Shown here one piece after another: positions 6,819 through 14,981 of a DNA stretch of 53,118 nucleotides. The notes beneath the pieces were generated by a model, which was not told the origin of the DNA, did not search any database, and was given only the letters and a program-made list of their open reading frames with translations. Every line of letters starts with the position of its first letter. Within the stretch, counting starts at the first letter, position 1. The position numbers and the translations under genes were made by a program. The stretch is taken from positions 1 to 53,118 of IMG/VR virus record IMGVR_UViG_3300020045_001235; one strand, given 5' to 3'. This stretch comes from a virus. Taxonomy: Duplodnaviria > Caudoviricetes.

Positions 6819-9482
6819 ATGAACCCACTGACCCTCGGCGACACACCTGAAGACTACATTGAGAACGACGACGGCTCCGTAGAGATTCCGGGACTTGAGC
6901 CTGTTGCCGAAGGTAATTCTGAGTTCTATGACAACCTTGCTGAGTCACTTCCGAGCGACGATTTGGCTGAGTTGGGTGCCACCCTCGTTGAGTTGGTGGA
7001 GAAGGACAAGGAGTCTCGCAAGAAGCGTGACAAGCAATACGAAGAGGGCCTTCGGCGCACCGGACTCGGTGATGACGCTCCTGGTGGTGCTCAGTTTGAA
7101 GGGGCATCCCGTGTAGTCCACCCCGTACTTGCTGAAGCGTGTGTCGACTTCTCGTCGCGGGCCATCAAGGAGTTGTTCCCGTCGTCCGGCCCCGTAAAGG
7201 CGTGGGTGCAGGGCGAAATCACTCCGCAGAAGACCGAGAAGGCAGATCGCAAGTCTCGCTTCATGAATTGGCAGTTGACGACGCAGATTGAAGAGTATCG
7301 CTCTGAATTGGAGCAACTGCTGACACAACTGCCGATGGGTGGTAGTCAGTATCAAAAGTTCTGGTACGACGACCGCTTCGGACGTCCGCGCTCTGAGTTC
7401 ACTGGTGTTGATGAAATCTTCCTCCCCTACGCGGCAACGAACTTCTACACCGCGCAGCGGGTTACGCACCGCCAATTGATTACCAAGGCTGAGTTCCGCA
7501 ACCGCGTTGATAGTGGACTGTACCGCGACGTTTTTGTACCGGACACCGATAGACAGATTCCTGACCAGACTCGCGTCACGATTGCCAACGACAAGATTGA
7601 AGGGCGGGAAGAGGACGGCTACAACGAGGATGGGCTGCGTGCCGTACTTGAGATTTACTGTTGGGAAGAGTTTGAGGGCGACTCCATCTCCAACGGGGAT
7701 TACGCCCCGTACATCATCACAATCGACGAAGACAGTGAAGAAGTGCTTGCCGTCTATCGCAACTGGGCAGAAGGCGACGTTCGACTGCGCAAGCTGGATT
7801 GGCTCGTTGAGTGGAAGTTTATACCGTGGCGTGGTGCCTACGGCATTGGTCTGCCGCACCTCATCGGCGGCTTGTCTGCTGCGCTGACGGGGGCGCTCCG
7901 CGCACTGATGGACTCTGCGCACATCAACAATGCACCGACGATGTTGAAGCTGAAGTCAGGACGCGTTGTAGGCCAGAATACCCAAGTCAACGTGACGCAG
8001 GTTTGTGATATTGAAGGGCCGACGCAGATTGATGATGTGCGTAAGCTCGCCATGCCGATGCCGTTCAATCAACCGTCGCCTGTTCTGGCGCAACTGATGG
8101 ACAGTCTGTACGGGCTTGCCAAGGGTGTCATCAGTACCTCTACTGAGCAACTTGCTAGTGTAGGTGACAGGACACCCGTCGGCACCACGATGGCATTGAT
8201 TGAGCAAGGCTCCACGACTTACTCCGCCATTCACGCACGACTCCACGAATCGCAGAAGAAAGCCCTTGCAATCCTGCATCGCATCAATGGTACGTATCTC
8301 GACATCGACGAAGTAATTCAGGACGGTGCTGACTTCGGACTGACACCTGACGACTTCAAAGGTCCGATGGATGTCATTCCGGTGTCCGACCCGACGATCT
8401 TCTCTGAGGCGCAGCGTTTTGCACAGAGTCAGGCCATCATGCAAATGGCTCAGGGGGATGCTCAGAACCCCAACGTCCCTTGGAATCAAGTCAACGTGCG
8501 TCGTCGTGTCCTGAAGCAGATGCGTATCGACAACATTGACGACCTTCTGCCAGCACCGAAAGACCCCGTTACGTCTGACGCCGTGATTGAGAATGCGGAA
8601 GGGCTTCGCGGTTCGCCACTGAAGGCCGACGTTGAGCAAGACCACATGACCCACATCCAGACGCACTTGGCGTTCATCTCTAGCCCGTTGCAGTCACAGA
8701 ACCCCCTCGTCCCTCCGCAGATCATCAACGGCGTGATTATGCACATTGAGGAGCATATCCAGATGCTTGAGGAAGCCTCTACCAAACAGGCGCTTCAGAT
8801 GGTGTTGCAGCAGTCCGCAATGGCGGGCCAGATGATTTCTACCGAGCAGGCGGGGGTACAGGCTACGCAGCAGGTACAATCTGCTCTGTCGCAACAACTG
8901 CAACCGGTACTTCAGCAGATCGCGCAACTGCAACAAGCATTGCAACAGCGTTCCCCGCAACCACAGATGCCACCTGAAGTCCAAGCGACGTTGCAGATTG
9001 GCATGGCTGAGATTGAGCGCAAGAAGGCTTACGACCAAGCGACGTTGCAGATGAAGCAGCAGGATGCTCAAGGTGCTCAACAACGTGATGTCGCTGAATT
9101 TCAGACCGCACAACAAGCGGCTCAGATGCAGTTCCAAGCAGATCAGCAGGCACAACAGTTCGAGCAGCAGGCAGCGCAGATGGAATTCCAACTCAAGCAA
9201 CAGCGTATGCAGTTTGAGCAACAAGTCGCTTCTGCTAAACTACAATTCGAACAGTCGTTGGCTCAGATGCAGGAGCAGAGTCGTATGGAACTTGAGACTT
9301 TGAAGCAGCGTGTTGAGTTGATGAAGAACCAGCAGGATAACGAGCAGGAACGTGAAACTCACCTCGCCATGAACCACGAAGATAACCTCATCAAGCGTCA
9401 GACGGACATCGAGGTGAATCGTGAGGACAACGACACGAAGTTGGTTATTGCGGGTATTCAGTCGTCACAGGATACAGAATGA
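6819..9482 (+). CDS. portal protein, P22-like, with long Gln-rich coiled-coil C-terminus
   Basis: Follows terL; VVHPVLAEACVDF...ELFP, YGIGLPHLIGGL, PVGTTMALIEQG; QFEQQ repeats. Confidence 0.9.
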   Translation: MNPLTLGDTPEDYIENDDGSVEIPGLEPVAEGNSEFYDNLAESLPSDDLAELGATLVELVEKDKESRKKRDKQYEEGLRRTGLGDDAPGGAQFEGASRVVHPVLAEACVDFSSRAIKELFPSSGPVKAWVQGEITPQKTEKADRKSRFMNWQLTTQIEEYRSELEQLLTQLPMGGSQYQKFWYDDRFGRPRSEFTGVDEIFLPYAATNFYTAQRVTHRQLITKAEFRNRVDSGLYRDVFVPDTDRQIPDQTRVTIANDKIEGREEDGYNEDGLRAVLEIYCWEEFEGDSISNGDYAPYIITIDEDSEEVLAVYRNWAEGDVRLRKLDWLVEWKFIPWRGAYGIGLPHLIGGLSAALTGALRALMDSAHINNAPTMLKLKSGRVVGQNTQVNVTQVCDIEGPTQIDDVRKLAMPMPFNQPSPVLAQLMDSLYGLAKGVISTSTEQLASVGDRTPVGTTMALIEQGSTTYSAIHARLHESQKKALAILHRINGTYLDIDEVIQDGADFGLTPDDFKGPMDVIPVSDPTIFSEAQRFAQSQAIMQMAQGDAQNPNVPWNQVNVRRRVLKQMRIDNIDDLLPAPKDPVTSDAVIENAEGLRGSPLKADVEQDHMTHIQTHLAFISSPLQSQNPLVPPQIINGVIMHIEEHIQMLEEASTKQALQMVLQQSAMAGQMISTEQAGVQATQQVQSALSQQLQPVLQQIAQLQQALQQRSPQPQMPPEVQATLQIGMAEIERKKAYDQATLQMKQQDAQGAQQRDVAEFQTAQQAAQMQFQADQQAQQFEQQAAQMEFQLKQQRMQFEQQVASAKLQFEQSLAQMQEQSRMELETLKQRVELMKNQQDNEQERETHLAMNHEDNLIKRQTDIEVNREDNDTKLVIAGIQSSQDTE

Positions 9483-9913
9483 TCCAGACTTTCAAACTAC
9501 TCCGTGAGGCCACGGTGAAGATCAGTAAGGCTGAAAACTTCACCCTTGGCAAACTCTATTTGGACAATGTTTATTTCTGCGAGACTTGTGAAGACGAGGA
9601 TCGTCATCTGGAAACCGGCAGTCAGGAGAAAGTCTATGGGCGCACAGCTATCCCTCGTGGTCGATACCGGATCGTTACTTCCTACTCCCACAAGTTCAAC
9701 AAAGTCCTACCTGAAGTATTGGATGTACCCGAGTTTAGCGGTATTCGCATCCACGGCGGCAATCGAGCAGAAGATTCTCTTGGCTGCATTCTCGTCGGTA
9801 GAGTTCGCACTTCAACAGGCGTTGCTCAATGTGCAGATTCTGTACGGCGTATCATCGAAGCGATAGACGACGCTGCTGAGTTGGGTATTGACAGTTACTT
9901 GGAGATTGAGTGA
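9479..9913 (+). CDS. DUF5675-family protein, putative peptidoglycan peptidase/endolysin
   Basis: TAIPRGRY...GIRIHGGN...DSLGCILVG motif; adjacent to holin. Confidence 0.8.
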   Translation: MIQTFKLLREATVKISKAENFTLGKLYLDNVYFCETCEDEDRHLETGSQEKVYGRTAIPRGRYRIVTSYSHKFNKVLPEVLDVPEFSGIRIHGGNRAEDSLGCILVGRVRTSTGVAQCADSVRRIIEAIDDAAELGIDSYLEIE

Positions 9914-10329
9914 TGGACCCGATCACCCTGACGAGTATCTTTTCCATTGGCTCCAAGCTCATTGATAAATTGTTTCCGGACCCAGAGCAGAAAGCCAAAG
10001 CGCAACTGGAACTACTTCAGATGCAGCAATCCGGGGAGTTAGATCAAGTCAAGGTGCAACTTTCCGCCATCATCTCTGAATCGCAGTCTGCCGATCCGTG
10101 GACTAGCCGTGCCCGACCTAGCTTTCTATACGTCGTCTACATCCTCTTGTTATGGTCGTTGCCGATGGGCGTCATGTTTGTGTTGAACCCAGACGCAGCA
10201 GGGCGATTCACAGAAGGCTTCAAATCGTGGCTTGGTGCGATCCCTGAGCCGATCCTGACGTTGTTTGGTACTGTGATGTTGGGTTACGTTGTCGGGCGGT
10301 CTTACGAAAAGACCAAGGGTGTCAAATAA
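9910..10329 (+). CDS. holin (GTA 3TM-like family)
   Basis: LIDKLFPDPEQKAKAQLEL, WTSRARPSFLYV, GRSYEK; hydrophobic helices. Confidence 0.85.
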   Translation: MMDPITLTSIFSIGSKLIDKLFPDPEQKAKAQLELLQMQQSGELDQVKVQLSAIISESQSADPWTSRARPSFLYVVYILLLWSLPMGVMFVLNPDAAGRFTEGFKSWLGAIPEPILTLFGTVMLGYVVGRSYEKTKGVK

Positions 10330-10345
10330 TATTTTCAGGTGAGTC

Positions 10346-10756
10346 ATGGATAACCCTTGGGACGGCGTTGATCGTAGGGAATTGCACATACCCTCAAGTT
10401 GTGGTGGCGGTGGCGGAGATGACAGAGCTTTGATGACCTATATCGTGACTCAGCTTGAGAGCGTTAACGCCAAATTGAACGCCATTCACATCGACAGTGT
10501 AGGTCACAAGGCGGAGATGCACATCATCAAACAGGACATCAACGACATCAAGAAAGCCTTCCCAAAGACGCCAGACGGTGAGGTTGATCTAGACGGTCAT
10601 CACGACTACCACTGGAAGTTGGTAGAGTCCTCAAAAACGTGGAATGAAATCTGGACGGATGTGAGGAAGAAGTTGTTCGGTGGCATCGCATGGGCCATCG
10701 TCGTCTTCGTTGCATACTCCATTTGGGAGTCCATAAAGAACGAAGTCAAGAAGTGA
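10346..10756 (+). CDS. hypothetical protein with C-terminal TM helix (possible lysis accessory)
   Basis: WDGVDRRE N-terminus, coiled coil, LFGGIAWAIVVFVAYSIW. Confidence 0.7.
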   Translation: MDNPWDGVDRRELHIPSSCGGGGGDDRALMTYIVTQLESVNAKLNAIHIDSVGHKAEMHIIKQDINDIKKAFPKTPDGEVDLDGHHDYHWKLVESSKTWNEIWTDVRKKLFGGIAWAIVVFVAYSIWESIKNEVKK

Positions 10757-10760
10757 CGAT

Positions 10761-10788
10761 TTGCATTATTTACAAATCGGTGTAGAAT
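10761..10788 (+). promoter_or_regulatory. sigma70-type promoter for head genes
   Basis: TTGCAT-16 bp-TAGAAT. Confidence 0.6.
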
Positions 10789-10818
10789 TTTTAACAGATT
10801 ATAGTCAAGGAGTACATC

Positions 10819-10953
10819 ATGGGTAAACTTGCACAACAACTGGGTGGTCAGAGTCAAGTCAAGGTCTGCGAAAAGAAGTCTGAATCTGCACCGCAGAAGT
10901 CCTCGAAGAAGAAAGACTACAAGTGCGGCGGCCTCGTCAAGGGGAAGAAGTAA
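10819..10953 (+). CDS. 44-aa Lys-rich small protein
   Basis: AAGGAG RBS; MGKLAQQLGGQ...DYKCGGLVKGKK; TAATG overlap with next gene; not in the ORF track. Confidence 0.75.
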   Translation: MGKLAQQLGGQSQVKVCEKKSESAPQKSSKKKDYKCGGLVKGKK

Positions 10954-11153
10954 TGGCGAAGTTCGAGATTGAATGGGGCGACGGCAAGGTCGAAGTCGTT
11001 GAACAGTCGGACTGCCACTCTCCGCTTGAGTACATCAATTGTCGTTTCGGTTCCAAGGCGACCCGTGATTCCCTCCCTGCGCGTGTTACGCAACTGACCG
11101 ACATTCCGGCAGAAGTCGTTGTTGAGAAGTCGAAGAAGGCTACCAAGAAGTGA
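10953..11153 (+). CDS. hypothetical protein
   Basis: TAATG coupling; MAKFEIEWGDG... Confidence 0.75.
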   Translation: MAKFEIEWGDGKVEVVEQSDCHSPLEYINCRFGSKATRDSLPARVTQLTDIPAEVVVEKSKKATKK

Positions 11154-11347
11154 TTCAAGACCAGTTTATCGCCAAGTACGCTCACGGGATTCAACAACGA
11201 ATCACCGAATTGAAAGACGACTTGGCGAAGAGCAACTTCCACTCTAATCAAGGGTTGTACGCTGTCGGTAGCATCCAAGGTCTGATTCGCGGCCTGACGG
11301 AAGCTCTCGATCATCTGAACAACCTTTGCGAAGAACTGGACAACTGA
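11150..11347 (+). CDS. hypothetical protein
   Basis: GTGA overlap; helical, VGSIQGL motif. Confidence 0.75.
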   Translation: MIQDQFIAKYAHGIQQRITELKDDLAKSNFHSNQGLYAVGSIQGLIRGLTEALDHLNNLCEELDN

Positions 11348-11438
11348 TTTACAGCCTCCCCACTCTGCGACGGTAGAGGAAGTTAGTCTTCGACTTCACG
11401 GGGTAGGCTCCAAACGGAGACTTTTATGGAGAATCGTA

Positions 11439-11846
11439 ATGATTCCTGCAAGTAAGTTGGCAGAAGCATTCCCTGACGTTACACCAGGGGTTATCCCTTT
11501 GGGAACCCGTGTCGTTGTTCAACTTCGCACGGTGCGAACCAAGACGGCATCAGGCATCGTCCTAGTAGACGACACGAAGCAGTTCAACAAGGTAACTACA
11601 CAACTTGGTAAGGTTGTTAGTATCGGCCCTATTGCCTACCGCAACCGAGAAACTGGCCAGTTGTGGTGCGAGGGAGTATGGGCCAGGCCGGGCGACTTCA
11701 TTCGTCTGCCGAAATACGGCGGCGACCGCTTTGAGCGCAAAATCCCCGGCACCGAAGATACGGCGCTGTTCTGTATCTTCCAAGACCACGAAATCATTGC
11801 GAAGGTTGATCCGTCGGCCTTTGAAGAACTTGACGACATCCTCTAA
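11439..11846 (+). CDS. groES: GroES/Cpn10-like co-chaperonin
   Basis: PLGTRVVVQ, KTASGIVL mobile loop, GKVVSIGP, PGD..PKYGG, DHEIIAKV. Confidence 0.85.
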   Translation: MIPASKLAEAFPDVTPGVIPLGTRVVVQLRTVRTKTASGIVLVDDTKQFNKVTTQLGKVVSIGPIAYRNRETGQLWCEGVWARPGDFIRLPKYGGDRFERKIPGTEDTALFCIFQDHEIIAKVDPSAFEELDDIL

Positions 11847-11857
11847 CGGAGAATCCC

Positions 11858-12793
11858 ATGTCTGAACAAGACGTAGAACTTGACCTTGAAAGTGGCGAAG
11901 AGGTTGTCGCCAAAGAGAACGAGCACGTAGAAGAGCATGAAAATGAAGATGACGAGCGCGAGCACGTTAATTCTGACTCTGACAGCGACTCGGAACTGAA
12001 TGACGCCGAAGACGACAATGAGCGGGAAGCTATCCGCGAGCGTCGTCGGGAAGAGCGTAAGAATCGCAAGCAGGCACAGCGTGAGCGTGAAGAGACTCTT
12101 CGTCGTGAGCTTGCCGCCCGTGATTCGGTCATCAACGAACTGCGCGCCAAGGTCGATAACATTGAGCGTCGTAACTCCGGCAGCGAACTTGCTCAACTGG
12201 AGAATGCCAAGCGGCAGACTGCTCAAGCTTACAACTACTTCAAGGATCAAATCCGTGTAGCCACCGAAGCAGGTAACGGTGCGGCTGTCGCTGAGGCTAC
12301 CGAGAAGTTGTTCCAGTCGCAGCGCAAGTTTGATGAACTGACTTCCTACGAGAATGCAATGCGGCGCAATCAGGCCGTTGCACCGCCGCTGGACAGCCGA
12401 CTTGTTAACCACGCCCAACAGTGGATGGAAAAGAACAAGTGGTACGACCCGACTGCCCGCGATCAGGATTCTCGCATCACTATGACTATCGACCAACAGC
12501 TTGCACAAGAAGGTTGGAATCCGACGACGCCGGAATATTGGCAGGAATTAGATAGCCGTATCAAAAAATATTTGCCACACAAAACAAATAGTGGTAAAAG
12601 CACTACTACAAAACCGCGATCTGTAGTCACTGGCGGAGGACGTGAAGCTTCGTCGGCTCAAAGTGCAGGTTCGTACAAACTCTCATCTGATCGGGTGCAA
12701 GCCCTAAAAGATGCTGGGATTTGGGACGATCCTAAGCAAAGGGCTGAAGCTGTAAAGCGTTTCCGTGAGTACGACAAACAAAATCAAGGTTAA
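11858..12793 (+). CDS. putative capsid scaffolding protein
   Basis: Acidic N-terminus, long coiled coil, WMEKNKWY and YWQELD motifs; upstream of capsid genes. Confidence 0.7.
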   Translation: MSEQDVELDLESGEEVVAKENEHVEEHENEDDEREHVNSDSDSDSELNDAEDDNEREAIRERRREERKNRKQAQREREETLRRELAARDSVINELRAKVDNIERRNSGSELAQLENAKRQTAQAYNYFKDQIRVATEAGNGAAVAEATEKLFQSQRKFDELTSYENAMRRNQAVAPPLDSRLVNHAQQWMEKNKWYDPTARDQDSRITMTIDQQLAQEGWNPTTPEYWQELDSRIKKYLPHKTNSGKSTTTKPRSVVTGGGREASSAQSAGSYKLSSDRVQALKDAGIWDDPKQRAEAVKRFREYDKQNQG

Positions 12794-12808
12794 TAGGAGC
12801 GATCTGTA

Positions 12809-13366
12809 ATGAGCGAAAACAAATTTATTGGTAGCGATGAAAGACTGAAGAAGTCTAGTGCGCCTGCTGTTCGCGGTGATCGCGTAGAGGCCGATGCCTC
12901 ACGGACTCAATCGGATGGTACCTCGTTTGACTTGGAAGAACGTCGCCGCATGATTCGTTCTGAATGGTCCAATGACGTTCTGCCCAACCCCCCGAAGGTT
13001 GACGGTTGGCATTACTGCTGGCTCTCGACGACCAACGCCACTGACCCCATCTACAAGCGCATGCAGAAGGGCTATCAGCCGGTGAAGGCCAGTGAGATTC
13101 CGGGTTTTGCACAATACAAGTCGCAGCAAGGGGAGTTTGAAGGTTGTGTTGCATGCAACGAGATGCTTCTTTTCAAGATCGAAGAAGAGCTTTATCAGGA
13201 AATCATGCGCGTGTTTCACTACGAGCGTCCGATGGAAGATGAAGAAATGCTCCGCAACAACGCAGTCGAGAACATCAACGAACGTGATAGTAACGGACGT
13301 GCGCTGGGAGAAGTCGAAGGTTTCGACAATCTGGCTCGTCGCGTCCGAACTCCGCAATTCTCTTAA
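12809..13366 (+). CDS. hypothetical head-module protein
   Basis: AGGAG RBS; GWHYCWLS, GYQPVK, EMLLFKI. Confidence 0.8.
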   Translation: MSENKFIGSDERLKKSSAPAVRGDRVEADASRTQSDGTSFDLEERRRMIRSEWSNDVLPNPPKVDGWHYCWLSTTNATDPIYKRMQKGYQPVKASEIPGFAQYKSQQGEFEGCVACNEMLLFKIEEELYQEIMRVFHYERPMEDEEMLRNNAVENINERDSNGRALGEVEGFDNLARRVRTPQFS

Positions 13367-13377
13367 AGGACTGAACT

Positions 13378-13947
13378 ATGGCACTCACAGCCTCCCCGTT
13401 TGGTTTTATCCTGCGCAAGCACCCCACCGGTCAATCGCGGGCTAATGCCTACAAAATCGCTTCCACCTACGGCACCGCCATCGGTTACGGCGACCCTGTT
13501 CTGCTGAACACCGACGGTACGCTGAACATCGCTACTGCCGGCAACGACCTGATCGGTATTTTCGCTGGTGTTGAGTACAAAGACTCGACCGGCAAGCCGA
13601 CCTACTCGAAGAACTGGGTTGCTTCCACCACGGCGACTGAAATCACCGCCTACGTCTACGACGACCCGGACAACGTGTTTGAAGTCCAAGTCGGTTCGGG
13701 CGGCACTGGTTACGTCCAGACTGCCATCGGTGCTCAAGCCAACCTCGTCACCGCTGCTCCGACCGCTTCCACCGGACAGTCGACCTCGTACCTGAATGCC
13801 ACCCTGATCGCTGCCAGTTCGCAAGGCAACTTCCGAATCATCGGCTTCGGTCCTGACGGCATCTACGACGCCACCCTCAACCCGTTCCCGACTGTTCTGG
13901 TGCAGATTGCTCAACACCAGTATGTCGCTAACAAGACTGCTATTTAA
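13378..13947 (+). CDS. putative capsid decoration/minor capsid protein
   Basis: Ala/Thr/Gly-rich, YVYDDPD motif, strongly biased codons, directly before MCP. Confidence 0.65.
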   Translation: MALTASPFGFILRKHPTGQSRANAYKIASTYGTAIGYGDPVLLNTDGTLNIATAGNDLIGIFAGVEYKDSTGKPTYSKNWVASTTATEITAYVYDDPDNVFEVQVGSGGTGYVQTAIGAQANLVTAAPTASTGQSTSYLNATLIAASSQGNFRIIGFGPDGIYDATLNPFPTVLVQIAQHQYVANKTAI

Positions 13948-13959
13948 GGAGTAATGTAA

Positions 13960-14865
13960 ATGGCCGGTACAATTATGCGTAGTACCCAGTTTCGCTCTAT
14001 CGTTGAGCCGATTCTGAATCAAGCGTTCGACGGTGTGTATGACCAGCGCACTGACGAATACAAACAAATCTTCAAGGAAGAGAACGGTATCGCTCGTGCG
14101 TACCACGAAGAAGTCGTTCTGTACGGTATGGGTACGGCTCCGCTCCTCCCGGACGGTCAGCCTGTCACCTACGACGAAGGTGGTCAACTGTACGTTCAGC
14201 GTTACACCTACAATGTCTACGGCCTTGCTTTCGCTCTGACCAAGGTGCTCGTTGAAGACGGCGACCACATTCGCGTCGGCACCACGATGTCCAAGCACCT
14301 CGCTCAAGCAATGGACGAGACTCTGGAGACCGTTACTGCGAATCACCTGAATCGTGCTTTCACCTCCGGCTACAACGGCGGCGACGGTGTTGTTCTGTGC
14401 TCCGCTTCCCACCCGGTTATCGGCGGCACCCAGTCCAACGTGCTGACCTCTGCTGCCCTGTCGCAGACTTCTCTGGAACAAGCTCTCATCCAGATTCGTC
14501 AAGCCCAGGACAGCCGTGGCAAGCGGATTCGTCTGACCCCGAAGAAGCTCGTCGTTGCGCCGAGCAACATGCTGCAAGCCGAAGTGCTTCTGAAGTCCGT
14601 TCTGCGCGTTGGTACAAACAACAACGACATGAATGTGCTGAAGAGTGCTGGTCTGGAGCCGGTTACACTGTCGCGTCTGACTTCCAATAACGCGTGGTTC
14701 GTGCAGACAGATGCCCGCGATGGGTTGAAGGTCCTTTGGCGTCGCAAGCTCGAAAAGTCGCTTGAAGGCGATTTTGAGACGGACGCAATGCGTTTTAAGT
14801 CGACGTTCCGCTTCGCATCCGGATGGACTGATTGGCGCAATATCTACGGGAACTCCGCTAGCTGA
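13960..14865 (+). CDS. major capsid protein
   Basis: IVEPILNQAF, YGLAFALT, GGDGVVLCSASHP, EGDFETD; AAGGAG RBS; terminator follows. Confidence 0.9.
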   Translation: MAGTIMRSTQFRSIVEPILNQAFDGVYDQRTDEYKQIFKEENGIARAYHEEVVLYGMGTAPLLPDGQPVTYDEGGQLYVQRYTYNVYGLAFALTKVLVEDGDHIRVGTTMSKHLAQAMDETLETVTANHLNRAFTSGYNGGDGVVLCSASHPVIGGTQSNVLTSAALSQTSLEQALIQIRQAQDSRGKRIRLTPKKLVVAPSNMLQAEVLLKSVLRVGTNNNDMNVLKSAGLEPVTLSRLTSNNAWFVQTDARDGLKVLWRRKLEKSLEGDFETDAMRFKSTFRFASGWTDWRNIYGNSAS

Positions 14866-14891
14866 ATCCTTGTAAATCAAGGACTTACAGC

Positions 14892-14913
14892 AACCCGCTT
14901 CGGCGGGTTTTTC
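14892..14913 (+). terminator. intrinsic terminator after MCP
   Basis: AACCCGC-TTCG-GCGGGTT followed by T tract. Confidence 0.9.
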
Positions 14914-14918
14914 TTTGC

Positions 14919-14947
14919 TTGCACAATACTAGAAGGCGATGTACTAT
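14919..14947 (+). promoter_or_regulatory. promoter of the second homing endonuclease gene
   Basis: TTGCAC-17 bp-TACTAT immediately after the terminator. Confidence 0.6.
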
Positions 14948-14981
14948 GCGTATGTCGAAACAAACAAACGGTGAAATACAA

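Noticed and set aside
13363-14880. 505-aa antisense ORF over the capsid genes, and similar ones at 6945-7922, 33800-34870 and 46443-47372
   Set aside because: Expected by-product of strong codon bias on the sense strand; no motifs
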